DNA of 64,000 bases from Squalus acanthias (Eukaryota): positions 22,506,001 to 22,570,000 of the forward strand of contig CM059443.1 of assembly GCA_030390025.1 (NCBI GenBank). Reading direction: 5' to 3'. Positions 11,957 to 25,800 of the stretch are shown in pieces; within the stretch, counting starts at the first letter, position 1; each line of letters opens with the position of its first letter. The translations under genes were made by a program, and so were the position numbers. The notes under the pieces are model-generated. The model did not search any database, had not been told where the DNA came from, and worked only from the letters and a program-made list of their open reading frames with translations.

Positions 11957-13811
11957 CATAAATAAATATACACTTGGAGTCACTTACCTCTGCTACCTGC
12001 TGTGTGTGAGAACTGCTTGGTTAATGTCGTTGCAGTTCTAGAGCACAGAATCAAGTCTCAACAAGCCAATCTCAGCACAGAGTTAAGTGGCTCCAAGTGT
12101 TTGAAAATTACAACAAAAAAAGCTAATTATGCAGAAACTGAAGTTTAATGTAACACTGAGTATCAGCCACTCTCCCTGTGACATAGAAGTTTGGCTATGC
12201 AGTGTAAATGGAAAGAAATCTTTATCCTTTAGTATTCTAGCGGATAACTATTTTGAAAAACACATTTTTAAAATATTAACATTTCAAAGCAACTAAATTT
12301 CATTGTTAAAGTGGTTTAACCTCAAGAGTCTGGTTGAGAGTGGATATAAAGTAGGAGCAGTCAATTCACCAACTCAAGGAACCCATTTCCAAATGATAAA
12401 ATACTGACAAATCTTGAATTTAGGTTGCACTATTTATGTGTGTCTGGGTTTTTTTTAAAATGAAGAGTGACTTCTGTACCAGGTTAGCATACAAAATGGG
12501 TCTGATAGAAAATAAAGTCCCCTACAGTGCACACCTAATGGTGAAAGCTGTCAGCTAGAAGTTACTGTGGTACAAACACTTAACATGGTCATATCAAACT
12601 TTGTTACTCCTCTTTTTTAAAGAGGCACTAACCCATTTAGAATAAATAGATTAATGACGTCACTAAAATAGCAGGGAAAGGAATTTGATATGAGCATGTT
12701 AAATGTTCATACAATAGCATCACTCAGTAATTCCTAGGTTATCGGTTCATTCATAGTTGTCTCAGTATAATTTGGTGTGTCTCAGTGTTAATCCCTGTGA
12801 CATATGTTGTAAACTGTTACATTGTATGCCTGGTATGGAAAATGAACCGATATTTGAGAGCAGGACAATGAATTTTGGTGATACAGAAGGTGATATTAAT
12901 TTGTCCAATACCTCAGCTAGCTGCAGCAATTGTATAAATTGTACTCATTTCCTGTATAATACACCTCTCAGCCTCTTTTCTTTACAATATGTATTGAAGA
13001 TCATTTGAGAATGCATAGCCCTGTGTTTACAGTTTACAGAATCAAACTGCAGCCCCTGGTTGATTGTTTTCTGCTACATTCTGGATCCTTCTCCTTCTGG
13101 GATCTTTTTCAGAATGGCTTCTGGAATCAATTTATTTGTGTAAAACACATTGGACATTTGGCTTATTATCTCTCTGCATCTAGGGACTTTGTTGCAGCTG
13201 GAACGGGGTGGGACGGAGAGGGAAGGGGAGACCTGAGAGTCCAGTCTGACTATTTCTCGATAAACTGTGCTTGGAATGCTGTAAGAGAGAGAGCTAGTTT
13301 TTCTCTCCTCTGAGGCTGAACAGTATGTGATTCACCAAGTCTGTCATTGGCGAACTTATGGGACTCAAACGTTCACTTCTTCAATTATGAATTGAACAGC
13401 CTTATTGTGAGAAGACACCTGCATGTCTCTCTTTCTAGACTGACTGGTAGGTTTCCTGCATATCTCACGTCACCAAGATCATGATATATTTTGTGGTAAA
13501 ATCATTAAAAAATAGGATATTAATATAAACAATCTGTAAAGTTACACTTGCTACCTAATGCTTTAGAAAACATAATTTGCGTAAAACTGGAATTGCAGTT
13601 TTTCACATGTTCACCCCTTTATACAAGCTGCAGCCACTTGTTGCCTTTTGCAGGCTACAGACTTTCCCCCTCAGAGGGCAACCATGTTACAGACAAAAGT
13701 GTTACAGGATTAGTATTGTGCAGTGGCAAGAGAAAGAGGGGGGGGGGGGGGGGAAGCAGACAGAATTGGGTGTCACCCATAAATGATAGACTGATGTCAC
13801 GAAAAACAGAC

Positions 13812-13973
13812 AGCAGGAATTTCCACCAGGGCTCTCCGGTTTCCCGCTGTAACCTCAGCAGATCTGTACAAACCCCGGAGAAACGGTGAAAACAGCTGCT
13901 TGTGCTGCTTCTCCGGGGTTTCTGCCAAAGTTACAGTGGTAGAGTGGGAGAACTCCTGCAAAAATTCTACCCC
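13812..13973. mobile_element. Fold-back MITE (Harbinger-like ends)
   Basis: AAACCCCGGAGAA/TTCTCCGGGGTTT and CTGTAAC/GTTACAG inverted arms; right end AAAATTCTACCCC. Confidence 0.55.
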
Positions 13974-14556
13974 AAGTTATTAAAGCTGTTGTAATTGTTT
14001 CTGAATTATTCAGTCAAATACATGTGATACTGGCCGACTCTTTATCCTTTTCCTATACTCATCCCTATCTTTAACCATACCTGTAGTTTTATACATAATG
14101 TAAGAGCTTTTCCCCCCCTTATCTCTCACATTATTTCCCTTATTGCTCTCATCAGTTCATACCTCCTCTAATGCACTTTTAACTAATGGAATGTATTTGT
14201 TCTGCTGTCCCTTAAGTAAGGATTTCATTGGCAAACTTCGGTATTTCGTCATCCAGGGCAGTGGTGGCTATGCAGACATGTAGCTGTTGCGAATACAGGT
14301 CTGCCAGAGATAACCTCTTCAGGGTCAGTGGTGTCAATTGCTCCCTCAAGTGGTTTGTGTGCCTATTTTTGATGGAATTTGCCTGCCACTGTCGTATATC
14401 TTCTTGGAACGGTAGAGGGGACCCGGGAGTCTGAACAACGAAACTCCCTTGTGATTTGGACCGGATCTCCATGTCTTATACATGTGTACACTTCCATCTA
14501 TCCAAAGGTGGAACAAATTAACACTAGGTGTGGTGGCATCTGGTTCAAATCATAAT

Positions 14557-14604
14557 GGCCCGGAGTTTCCAACATGGGTGCAAATCAGGAGGAAACTCCG
14601 GGCC
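14557..14604. mobile_element. 48-bp minimal Harbinger-type MITE
   Basis: Perfect 14-bp TIR GGCCCGGAGTTTCC, 20-bp spacer, perfect 3-bp TSD AAT. Confidence 0.75.
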
Positions 14605-15967
14605 AATCTGCTTTGTTTCACAGTAAATAAAACACACGGGACAATGAGATTGATGAGAGTTTGCCTGGTGCAACTCCCGTACAAAACTGCACTTACAAAA
14701 ATAACAAGCACACAAGCATTAGGACACACAGGTGGGTCGTCTGACTCAACTTAAAAGCACAATCTCCCTGTCCTATTACCCAGGACAGTGGTCTTCCTCC
14801 TGTGCAGCTTCCTGCAGCATGACTCTTCTGAATTTTTAAAAGCCTCTCTCCGATCTACAGAGATCAAAAGCGTTCTTCAACAGCGAGATGCTACGTGTTT
14901 TTTTGAATGACCAGACACATTAGCAAATTGGTCATCATTTGGTCTCTGGAAGAAACAACCGCCTCGCATTTTAATTACCACTCTTCTGCCTAAGGATCCT
15001 CAATCTATAAGGAGATGCCTTGAGATGTTAACCCTTATTAGACAAGGTTTTTTCCTCAAAATACATTTTAAAAGATCTCATGCCCAAATCCTTTCTGTGG
15101 GAAAATGGCCAAAGAATCCTAAACCGTGACAGTAGCACTAATTCACGTAGTAGTAATAAGGTTGCCCTGATAGTGCTATTCTAGCATCATTGTCGAGCAG
15201 TTTTTCGAACGCAGTGGCCTGAGACCCCCCTCAGGGAGACCCCCTCAGAGAGACCTCTTCACATTACTTGGGCTGGACAATATGTGGTGCATAACTTTAG
15301 CCAGCTTCAAAACGTTCTCAGGGACGTTTTATAAACTTAATCAGGGTCTTTTTTTAAGAAAGCTGGTGCTTCTGTCTACGCTCTCAAAACATGAAATATT
15401 TACTAGCCAGGTGCTCAGCTCTGTGCATAGGTGTGAATATGTATGCAAAGAGCAATCTCCTGGTGCCTACCCCACACATAACTCTGGGTTGCTGGCTATA
15501 AATCACATTCTGCTGCTACCACTCTCAGATCAGTAGAACATTATACTATAACACAAGATAGATTCTAAGCCTTCACCTTGATATTGTACCGGTTGAAATC
15601 TTTTAATAGTTGCTTATTCACTGCTAAAAAAAAACCCAACTATCATTCTATGATTATTGTACCTGTAAATTTTAATCTCACTTAAATCATTTAGCTACGG
15701 ACCCTGTTAAACTGCTCACTTACACCTTTAGTTGTGCTGTATAGATGTCTTTGGCTGGGGCTAACACCTTAAACCAATAAAAGAGCTAGAGTTTGTTTTT
15801 CATTCATTGCTGTGCTCCTCTCTTCTGACTAATAAATGCTAAGTTGTACGTTTTATACTGTTGGTGGGAATTGTACAACGTTAGAATGGGATTCTATGAT
15901 GACTGTTGATTATGAGCACATGTTGTCTGACAGATGCTGTATCTAATCCTGTCTTTAGCTACCCAGA

Positions 15968-16392
15968 AGAAGAACTTGCATTTATATAGTGCCTTTCACG
16001 TCTTCAGGATATCCCAAAGTGGTTCACGGCCAATGAAGTATTTTTAAACGTAGTCACTATTGTAATGTAGGTAAATACATCAGTCATTCTGCACACATCA
16101 AGGCCTCACAAGCAAACAAATGAGATAAATAACCAGGAAATCTGTTATTTAGTGGCACTGGTTGAGTGATAAATGTTGGCCAGACCATCTCACCCCCCTC
16201 TTCAAATAGTGTCATGAACTAAATTGTACATCCACTTGAGGAGGCATATAAGGACTCAGTTTAATGACATTGCAGCACTGTACTGAAATGTCAGCCTGAC
16301 TTTTATTGCTCAAGTCTCTGGAGTGGGACTTGAACCCACAACTTTCTGACTTAGAGGGAAGAGTACTATTGCTGAGCCAGAGCTGACACCAG
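15968..16392 (-). mobile_element. Deu-domain SINE (internally deleted)
   Basis: Head GTGTCAGCTCTGGCTCAGCAATAG...GGGTTCAAGTCCC and tail GAAAGGCACTATATAAATGCAAGTTCTTC on the - strand. Confidence 0.7.
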
Positions 16393-18434
16393 CACACGGA
16401 AGAATCGGCTCCAACAATTAAACATGTCTTGTAATTGTTATATGTCTTACATATATAAATGCCCTGTTAATATTTAATCTAATAATTTATACAATGGTTA
16501 TGAATTATCATAACAGAAATCTTTTATTTTCATGAAAATATTGGAGACTCATACTGCACATAGCGGAGGTGCAATGATGTGACCACCAGTACAATGATAT
16601 TTGTTGGCACTACGTAACTTTTTCCTGACTTCAATAAGAACTGAGGTAACAACATGCAATCCACACTACCCGCAATGATCCTGTTGCAGAAAATGTGTTT
16701 TCTGCGATAGAAACTTTTCCCTATGGACAATAAGGCAATGAGGTGTTCTGAGCAGGTTATTCTTGGGACCAAACTAATGCCCCAATATGGTAACATTGTC
16801 TCTCATTTGAATGTGGCCCAAAGAGGCCACATCTTGCAGCCTTCTCTCATGTAAGTGTGCCTCCTCTGCTGATCAAAGTGATTGATGGTGTAGTCAGATT
16901 GTGGAACAGCATCATGAAAACACGGGTTGAGACATTCTGTTGAAATATTCTAACGCTAAGGTGTCCCACCCTGGACTGGTGAGATAAAATAGAACCTTTA
17001 ATATATCAAATGGAGGATTTTTAACTGTAAATATTTATTAAAGAAATAGCTGTGTCTATTATTAATGAAAATCATGGTTTTACATAAAGCATATTTCCCA
17101 GTTGATTCTTAAGTTTGGCCTAATTGAAAGTCTTGGGTGGACATGCTAAGAATGGGTAATATTGAGTTACAAGAGTCATTCTTGTGACAACAATGGGGTT
17201 GAAGTTACTTCAGCTGACATTTGTAAGAAATGTATATTGCATTCTCTGGAAATCATGTGTGCACTGTTTTAACACATTTGTTAATCCATTTACAGTCTGA
17301 TCATTTGAAGGGCCACAGAATCACAATGTAGATGGGGAAAGGGGCCAGCAGAAGGTGAACAGTTATAATAAAACTCACGCTCCTGTCCAGTAAATGCAGT
17401 TCTGCTACCTTTTTAATTTGACTCTGATTTTCTTTATGCCATGACTGTTTCATTTTATTCTGTTTTCCTACCTTTTGTTTTTTTCATGTCATAGCTTTCT
17501 TCCATTTCCTGCAGTTTTTTCTTTTTGGTTGCAGTTATATTTCCATTTCAATATTTATACAAAGTGGTTTCAGGAGTCCATTGATACAAAAGTGGCTTTA
17601 TAACTTGGGATTAGCTGCAGTGCTGACCCCCCCCACCCCCCCCCCCCCCCCCCCCACCCCCCACCACCACCAACCTCCCATGAAAGCCAGCAATATGAAA
17701 TCCTCTACGGAAAGCCATTTCCCAGAGATTGGGTTTCATACCAGGTGGAATGTAACTCCAGTGTAGTGGGGAAACTGGATTAAAAAAGTGCTCATGCATG
17801 GATTTCTTGAGCACTGTATAAACTGAGTATTGAGTGCTTTTAATACCAAGAGAAAGTCGCTGCTGCCTCCCTCCTCTCCTCATATTAAGAAACAATCATC
17901 AAGGAAGTGAGTTTCTGTGCACACATGTAAGCACACATGCACAGCGTTCTCTCCTGGTGGGCAGAATGCAAGTCACAGTGAACAGTATATAACTTCTGCT
18001 TTTGGCTATCTTCACAAGATTGTGTACTGTAACTGCAGTGTTAATGTCTACATAGCTAAAAACATAATCCCAGATACAGTTCGAAGAAAAGTCACAAATA
18101 TAAGTAAGATATTGTGAAAGCAGAGACCAGCAACAGTCTTAATTGAATACTAAAGCACTTTTATACTGTGAAGGCTGACTTTGTTGGAGTTCTGTGGATT
18201 TGATTTATGAAGGTTCTCCAGTGAAGCCAAAAACAGACTATACTGAAGGAGAAATTGATGGGCCAAATTTCAAGGCCTGGGAATGATATAGGAAGTCCAT
18301 CATTCAGCAATGAACTTGGGTGTTTTATCTGCAAATAAAACTTGGAAACTAATGCTTTGCATACAGTGTTGAACGACTGATCATGATCCCAAGTTCTGGG
18401 GCCATTGTGATAGCCTACAGAATAAGTGTGTTTT

Positions 18435-18533
18435 ATATTTCACTGGGGAGGGCTTGAACTGTATCATATATTTCACTGGGGAGGGCCTGAACTGTATCAC
18501 ATATTTCACTGGGGAGGGCCTGAACTGTATCAC
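18435..18533 (+). repeat. 33-bp minisatellite, three copies
   Basis: ATATTTCACTGGGGAGGGCCTGAACTGTATCAC three times, no spacers. Confidence 0.9.
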
Positions 18534-18559
18534 AAGTCTTATCAACTGGTCAACATAAT

Positions 18560-19330
18560 TGGCCAGATTTTGCTCTGAGTGGCGAACGAATGGTGTCAGC
18601 CGTTCGTTAGTCTTCCACTTGCCCATAGACTTTCTATGGCCTTTTGCACAACAAGTTCCTGTCAGCCAAACCATCCAAAGAGTGCAGTGCCCAATAAAGG
18701 TCATCCGGGACCTGTGTGAACAGGGCAAGCAACTGTGTGTCTCCTTAACCAATCCGATTGAAGAATCCTTACTGAGCAGAGCAGAGTCTGAACCAGGAAG
18801 TGTCAGTTGGAATATTGAAGTCAATGTCAAATCAGGTACAGAAAGCAAAATAAAGAGAGGCAAAGAAAGATTGGATTAAGAGAGAGAGAGATAAAAGAGA
18901 CAGAAAGAAAAAGTTTTTAAAAATTTACAATTTAAAAAAATCTCCAGCAATAAGTAATATCTGGAGGAATGAGGCTCCACACTTGTAAAAGTTAATTTTC
19001 AGCGCCAGAAAGGTTGTTTGGCAGTAATTAAGACTTACCACATCGTTAAAAGGGTACTTAGACTGCAATGGACAAGCCCTAATTTTTTTTAGCGAGTTTA
19101 GTCTGTATCTATGAGGTAAGTACAGCAACTTCAATTTATTTGAACGGCGAGTCAGACAGCGAGATGCCTTTTTCTCAGTTTTTGGAGGAGCAGGACACCT
19201 TGGGCAGCAACTTCTGGATGTCCTAGTTTAACTGCGCACATGCGGTCGCCGGAGGTTGCTGTCCGATTTGCACATAAATAACGGTGAGTGCTGTTAGCCT
19301 CGCCGTTATTCTTCATGCAAAATCCAGCCC
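18560..19330 (+). mobile_element. Complete Harbinger-type MITE, family A (771 bp)
   Basis: TIR TGGCCAGATTTTGC / GCAAAATCCAGCCC; TSD AAT at 18557-59 and 19331-33. Confidence 0.8.
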
Positions 19331-19543
19331 AATAACGACTGGGAACAACCATGAGGAAATTAGTAACAAGTGTCCTTCCTCCTCTACCTGGTGTAGGAGA
19401 TCCTCATAATGAGTTAACTTCCAGTTGGAATAACTAGTATCCCACTGGTCTCAGTTCCACAGCCTCAGTGTAGCGCTCGGATCATTGTGATTTCACTTAA
19501 AATCTTTTGTGTTTTTTTTTCTATATTTGTTTTTCTCTTTTAG

Positions 19544-19836
19544 CTTGCAAGCGTAAAGAGCAAGAGCAAAACCGAGACCGAGCCACCGCGCCAAAAAAAC
19601 AGCGGCTTGTCTTCACCGATCTCCAGCGCCGCACCCTGATTGCCATATTCAAGGAAAATAAACGGCCATCCAAAGAAATGCAGATCACCATTTCCCAGCA
19701 GCTGGGGCTGGAGCTCAACACAGTCAGCAACTTCTTCATGAACGCCCGCAGACGCAGCATGGACAGATGGCTAGACGAGCCATCGACCACCCCCGGGCCA
19801 CCAGCGACAGCTGCAAGCACTTTTACCAAAGCATGA
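19544..19836 (+). CDS. ONECUT3: ONECUT homeobox transcription factor, final coding exon (linker, homeodomain and C-terminus); best match ONECUT3
   Basis: Polypyrimidine tract and AG at 19542-43. Phase-1 exon reads (A)CKRKEQEQNRDRATAPKKQRLVFTDLQRRTLIAIFKENKRPSKEMQITISQQLGLELNTVSNFFMNARRRSMDRWLDEPSTTPG...TFTKA*. FFMNARRR (F48/M50) is the ONECUT signature; KKQRL, TLIAIF, LELNTV and the EPST..G tail match ONECUT3 as recalled. The CUT-domain exon lies upstream of the window. Confidence 0.93.
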
Positions 19837-22800
19837 CCCAGAGGGAATAGTAGGCAAGCAGTCGTGCCTGCTACTGCACTCTGGAATTAAGACAAAAAAC
19901 CAAAACCAACAAAAAAGGCTTTAAACCAAATAAAGACACGATTTTTAAAATAAATAAATTTCAAAGAAAATCAAATCGGAGACACGTGTACACCTTGCTC
20001 CACGGCAGGGTTATAAAGGAGCTGGTCGGGAGATAAGTTGCACTGTGTCGCTGGCTGTTGATGCGGGTCTGGAAGCACATAAAAGTACATATTCGGGTAA
20101 TTTTCATGACAAACTCTCGCACTATAAAGGTCATTGTAGAATAGCCTGTATGAGGAAAATGACCTAGTCATAGACTAAATATATTAAAAAAAAAGTGTTT
20201 GTTGATATTTAAGTCTGGATGGAATTTATTTCCTAAATGTCTCTGTTACCAAAGAAGATAAAAGACACAAACTTGTACACGGTTTGGATTTGGAACCCAA
20301 AACAACTCTTCCCCACCACCACCCCTCCCCCCCCCCCCCCACCCCAAACAAAAATAAAGATCGAAAATGATTTGTCACTCAATGGCTAGTTGCAGAAACG
20401 AAGAGAGGAAAACTTGTGCCAATAGCAACAGCTGCCTTAATGATAATCACATAGGATGGTACTACATGACTTGTTGTTGCAATACCTACAAGATGACTTG
20501 TGCCATATACAATACCAAAAACAGAGAATTTTTCCATGAAAAAAACAAAAATCCTTTTTTTAAATGTCTCGTGCTACCTTATGAGGCATGACATCACTGG
20601 AAACTGAATTTTAAAAAAATGCGGGTATAGTACCATCTAATGATAAGGTTCTTTTTCAATGAGCTAATTGCTGTGAAAGTTAGGCACCTTGTTGATGAAG
20701 ACGAAATTACACACTAGTATATTAAACAAACATCTTACCAGATTCACAAAAGAAAAGAACCAAAAAATAATCAAGCTTTTGGTATGTAAGAGTAATAACA
20801 TTATGATGAATAGTACATTGTTAAAAATGAATATTAAGGTACTATTGAAGAGGCACAGATGGAATGTCTGATCGTTTTTTCGCTAAAACTCCTCTAATGT
20901 TGTTTCTGTCTTGTTGTGATGTGGTAAAGCTTGATTCTTTAACCAAATCTAGTAGTATTAAGTAGGAAGCAAAAAGGCTTCCAGTTGTGAACTTTGTAGA
21001 GACATTTATAGTGAGAACCAAAGAGGCTACCTCACTGAATTTCAATTGTGATTTTAAAATCACGTCTGATACCAAAGATTTCCTTGCACGATCTGCGTTT
21101 TGTAACTTCTCCCGCACTCAACCTCTCAGCCCTGTAAATTGCAAACATACCCTGATACAATTTCCTCAAACCTTTTACAGTGATGCAGGAGACTACTAGC
21201 AGAGAGTGACCACAAGACGAGTGCCTTGCTTGAACCAAAGCGATGACTATTTGTAGACCTCTGTGCTTTGAAACTTGTGTAAGCCTCAGTTTTAGAAACA
21301 GAGTTTTCTGCTCAGCCTTTCACTATCGTACCTACATTGTGAAGTAATCAGGGGCATAACTCATTTTACTGAGACAATTGGGAAGAGGGGGCAGCATTGC
21401 CCTTAAATTTAATCTGACAGGTGGGGTTATCCAAGTTATGTTGCCAAAATCTGCCCCAGACAATTGCCTTTGGTTGCCTAAATGATAGTTACAGCCCCTG
21501 GTGATACATGATATTAGTGCACATGTTTTGCTTTTTTTAAACAGAAGCTTGTGAGTCTGGGAAGGTGTGTACGAGTAATCTATCCAGAAATGTAATTGAT
21601 ATTTGCATAGTTGCAAAAGGCATAGTGTAAACCTTCTGTTTTATGTATGTATGTATGTATTTATTTATTTAATTTATGAATCTTACTCATCTACATTTTA
21701 AAACATTATGCTTTAAAATAGACATTCATGGCAGAGGCGTAACCAAGTATGCAATGAGTTTGGGGACGACATCAAGGGCAGTTCTGGGATTTGGAGCATG
21801 GAGAGAGCGGGAGGAACATAACCTATGTCCAAAAAAATTGGGAAAAGGGGACACATCCTCTCATTTTCCCCATACCTTGGTTGTGGCTATGGTTCATGGT
21901 GTTTAAAAAGAAAGGTATTCAGAACCTAAAACTCTTCTGGGAATAGGAGCATTTAGATTAAATAACCATGGATTCACATGAAGCTAAGGGTTACATAATA
22001 ATATTCTGGAAAATCCCACTGAATCCAAGGGAGCTGAGGGACATTTGTAGAGGATCTCAGTGAAGTGAATGTTTCTCCTGGATGAAAGCAAACTGAAACA
22101 AATTGCATTTTCTTTCTCTGTCCATTGAACCATTCCTTGTTACTATCAATTTCTGTATATTCCGGCAAAGCTGAATACTGTTGCTTAGGTTATATATTTC
22201 ACCGTGTGAGACTCAAATGTCATGTAGTTACATTCTGTATCATGCTCTGTCCTACCATAACAGCACCTAGGTCAATTTGAGATTAAACATACTTTCTATA
22301 TTGCATGTATGAAAATAAAAACAATAAATAAATGAACTTGGTCTCAGCAAGGATTATGTACCGATGAACCATTGCTGAAGAATAGCTCATCATATTGTAG
22401 ATTCCTGTCAAACAATTCAATGCAGAGGGTCAGGACATCCTAACTGCACAGAGAACCACCCTGCCCATCATAACTTGAACTACAAAAGCCTGGAACAGTC
22501 CAAGAAAATCTCCAGCATATTATTTTACATAGCGTATAAGTACCCTATACATTATACAGTGTTTCTATGTGTAACACAACCGAACCCGAGGCAGATTTTA
22601 ATAATGCACTCATGGCTTAAATCAATTCTGGGTTATTAAGCTTTTCTCATTTGTGGAATAAACTCCACTTTCCATTGAGTGTCCTCTCTCTATTTTATAT
22701 TTAGTTAATAACATAACAGATCACTTTCTATAAAGTAATAGTAATACTTCAGTGACAATCCCCGTTAAATAAATTGACTGAAAAGCAAGTACAATCATTT

Positions 22801-25800
22801 TTAGTCAACAAGAGGGATTGACTGTACTAGCAAAGCGAACCTTCTCGTTTACCCATAGATAAACTCATTGTCACCCATCTTCATTTCAACTCTGACACAG
22901 AACGTGTGCACTAAAATTCTGGTGGTACGTGATTGGCTTTACAAATACCAAAGTGTTTTAAGAATATACCAAAGCTCCCATTACTGCGGGTGGGCCTGTG
23001 ACACAGACCGTGCAAGCTTTTGACAATTTCTCAGAAATACCTCAACTATTAATGTATAGTTTATGTGATAAAATACTAGCTAGTTTTGGAAATTGTGACT
23101 TGAAGCTTTATACTGTTAAATTATAATTTTGCAGAAGGTGGCATGTATACTTTGATGCGTTCATGGAAGACATATGAATGTTATGGCAATGAATTAGAAA
23201 GCTGATGCTGGTTGATAAAGGACCCCGGAGTTTACACTTTTCATACTTTTACAGTCCTTTGAGGTAATTTTATGTTCAGATGTGTTTCTTTCAGAGTCAT
23301 GTCTTAATACAGTATTTATAAGTGTTATGTGTTCAGCTGTAACTAAAAAAAACAGATAAACTGAACTTATGATTTATGCATGAATATGTACTCTTTATAG
23401 AGCTAATGTATGGTTAGTATTGGAAAATGATTGATTTTAATACCAGATTTCATTTTGAATAGGAGTTATGCATGGAAACTGTTATTTGTTGCATATTGTG
23501 GAAGAATTTTGTATATATTGTGTTGTGATGACACTCTGACCTGAATTGAGAAGCTGAGGTGCTGAGTTTGTGCATTAACTGCAGGTGGTGTTAGCTGTGC
23601 CTATGGCTAAACGTAAAGGGATAGCCCAAACCAACTTTTGGGGGTTATTCCATATAGCTGCACAGGGCCAGCTGTAGAGTGCAGATAGGAGGATAGCAAG
23701 TGAGAAAATATGTCCATGATTCTGTGTTAAAATTTAAAAAAAAAAGAAAAAAAGAAGCTTGAACAAATAGTGATCTTGACAATACAGTCTAGACAAAACA
23801 TTTAAAAAATCCCTTTTAGTCAAATTTTTCAAAGTCGTTGCTTTTTTATCTCATGGAGATATACATTGAATCAAAGTAAGTGTCTTTTATGTTAGTAAAG
23901 AGACAATCAGCATAGACATTGTAAGACTTTTTCAGACTAGCATTTTCTCCAAGTCAAGCAAGCATATTATAAAAAGTTCACAAATATAATTAATAACTGG
24001 AGCTGGCATTCTAATTTTGTTAAGCTAACAAAAAATGATTTTACATTTTTTATGTTACCGTGTCCAGGAGACAGACTTTCCAATGTTTAATTTTCAGCAA
24101 AAATCTCAATTATTCCGTAGAACAGCAGGTTAAGACAGCGATGGGAAAAGGGGAAATGTATAATTGCAATATTTCCTTAAATAGAGTCAAGTGGTCTTGT
24201 ATTTTTCAAGTAATATGACTAATTAAAGCTTATTGCCCCTATGAAATAGAAAAAAAAGGAAATAAAGTAAGCGCTAACGCAAAGAAAAACAAAAGAACAA
24301 CAGCAAGGAGAAAAATACTGGAAATGTGAGGCACTTAGTTGAACTGAATATTATTTAAGTCCCTGCTTCTATTTAATGAAATGAGCCAGTTAGAGTTTGA
24401 TAGTGGCAGTTGGATTTTATCCAGATTGTATTAATATAAACTGAAAACAGTTGTATTGATCAAGTACTTGGTTGATGCAACTGTCTCAAATTCTAATTCC
24501 ACGCTAGCTTCATACATTAAACAGATGTAATAACTCACTGCTAGTCGCATCTATGTATATTAGTTTGCCTTCTGGTATTGGACTGTTTTATTTGAGTTCA
24601 GTGATTCTGCTTCTAGTTAACATAATGGGTTTTGTGTGGAACGATTGTTGGACAAAGGTAAATGTAAATCAAAAAACCTAATGCTAATGAGCAGATTACT
24701 CTACAGTGAAGATGGCAAATTAATCATGTCTACTGTCTACAATTTTCTGCCCATAACACAATGTGAGGCAATTTTCTGGCTCCTAAGACACTTTCATGTG
24801 TGTAGTTATAAATAAGTGTCACAGGGGATTCGATTCACCTATCCATTGTTCTTTTGTCCCCAGTATCATAGATGCAGTGTTGTAATTTCATAAGGATCCT
24901 GGTTTAGTGAACATAGGTGCTTGTATGTTGGGTCACATGAAACTCCCAGATGGTGGTCTAGTATATATTTGTAAGAATGCAAATGAACCCACTGTGACAT
25001 TTGTAACTTGACATGCCTGAGCAACTGGGAGCCGAACCTTTCCTCTGCATTCCAGTTATGAAAAATGGCTGCAGGTCGCTAAAGTCTGGCATTAAACGTT
25101 AGATATCAGTCACTACAGGAAAGTGGAATTGCTTTCTAAATGTTTCAGAAAGCTGTGCATATGTGGGCGGAAAAAAAGCAATGTCAAATAATGTCCCACA
25201 TGAAACAATCCATCATTAAGCTACCCATCATCATTATTATTAGTGATTATGCTAACGATCTTCAAGTCAGCACATTTTAAGCTGAAAAGCAGATTCTATT
25301 CCAACTAAGATAGATCTTAGGGCCTGTGATTAGAACCAGATTTTTTTGGCAGCTGAATATATGATGTTGGTTTTGAGAATTTATTCAATGTGTGAAATTG
25401 TGTTATCCCAGCTTTGTAGGCACATTTGTTAGAATGACCATATTTAACTTGACGGTTCTAAACCTGTTTTAAATAACCAAAAGACAGATACTAGTCTAGT
25501 TTCTATGCACAGGTCGGATTAAAATTATTATTAATGATTGTGACTGGCTGAGAGTAAGAGTCCACCAATCCCACATAACAATCACTTTAAGACTTGGAAT
25601 TGGTTGACAATAAAGCACCCGAATCCTTAATCCTGGTACCTGGTTTTCCTATTTGCTGAAACTCCAAATCACTTTTCAGCCGAGTGTCCAGTGATCCTCA
25701 ATGAATGACATGCTCAATGAGGAAATGAAGCTAAATCATAACCTAGCGATTTCACCAATAGTGGTACTGCAGTGATATCACAGTATCTACTGCTCCTGAA

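Noticed and set aside
8359-11983. RT-like ORFs as active retrotransposon genes
   Set aside because: All are 5'-truncated or frameshifted; no endonuclease or complete RT.
16310-16392. tRNA gene (A/B-box-like sequence)
   Set aside because: No cloverleaf; it is the head of a SINE.
17627-17660. Long poly-C/G runs (also near 3600, 13737, 20327, 31740 and 38503) as functional G-quadruplexes
   Set aside because: Simple homopolymers scattered without positional pattern; lengths are unreliable in assemblies.
18435-18533. 33-bp direct repeats as a CRISPR array
   Set aside because: No spacers, no cas genes and a vertebrate context; it is a minisatellite.
19507-19543. N-terminal MCFFFYICFSLL of ORF 19507-19836
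   Set aside because: It is the translated polypyrimidine tract of the intron acceptor.
19521-19829. 102-aa antisense ORF over the homeobox
   Set aside because: Shadow ORF of a GC-rich coding exon with no independent support.
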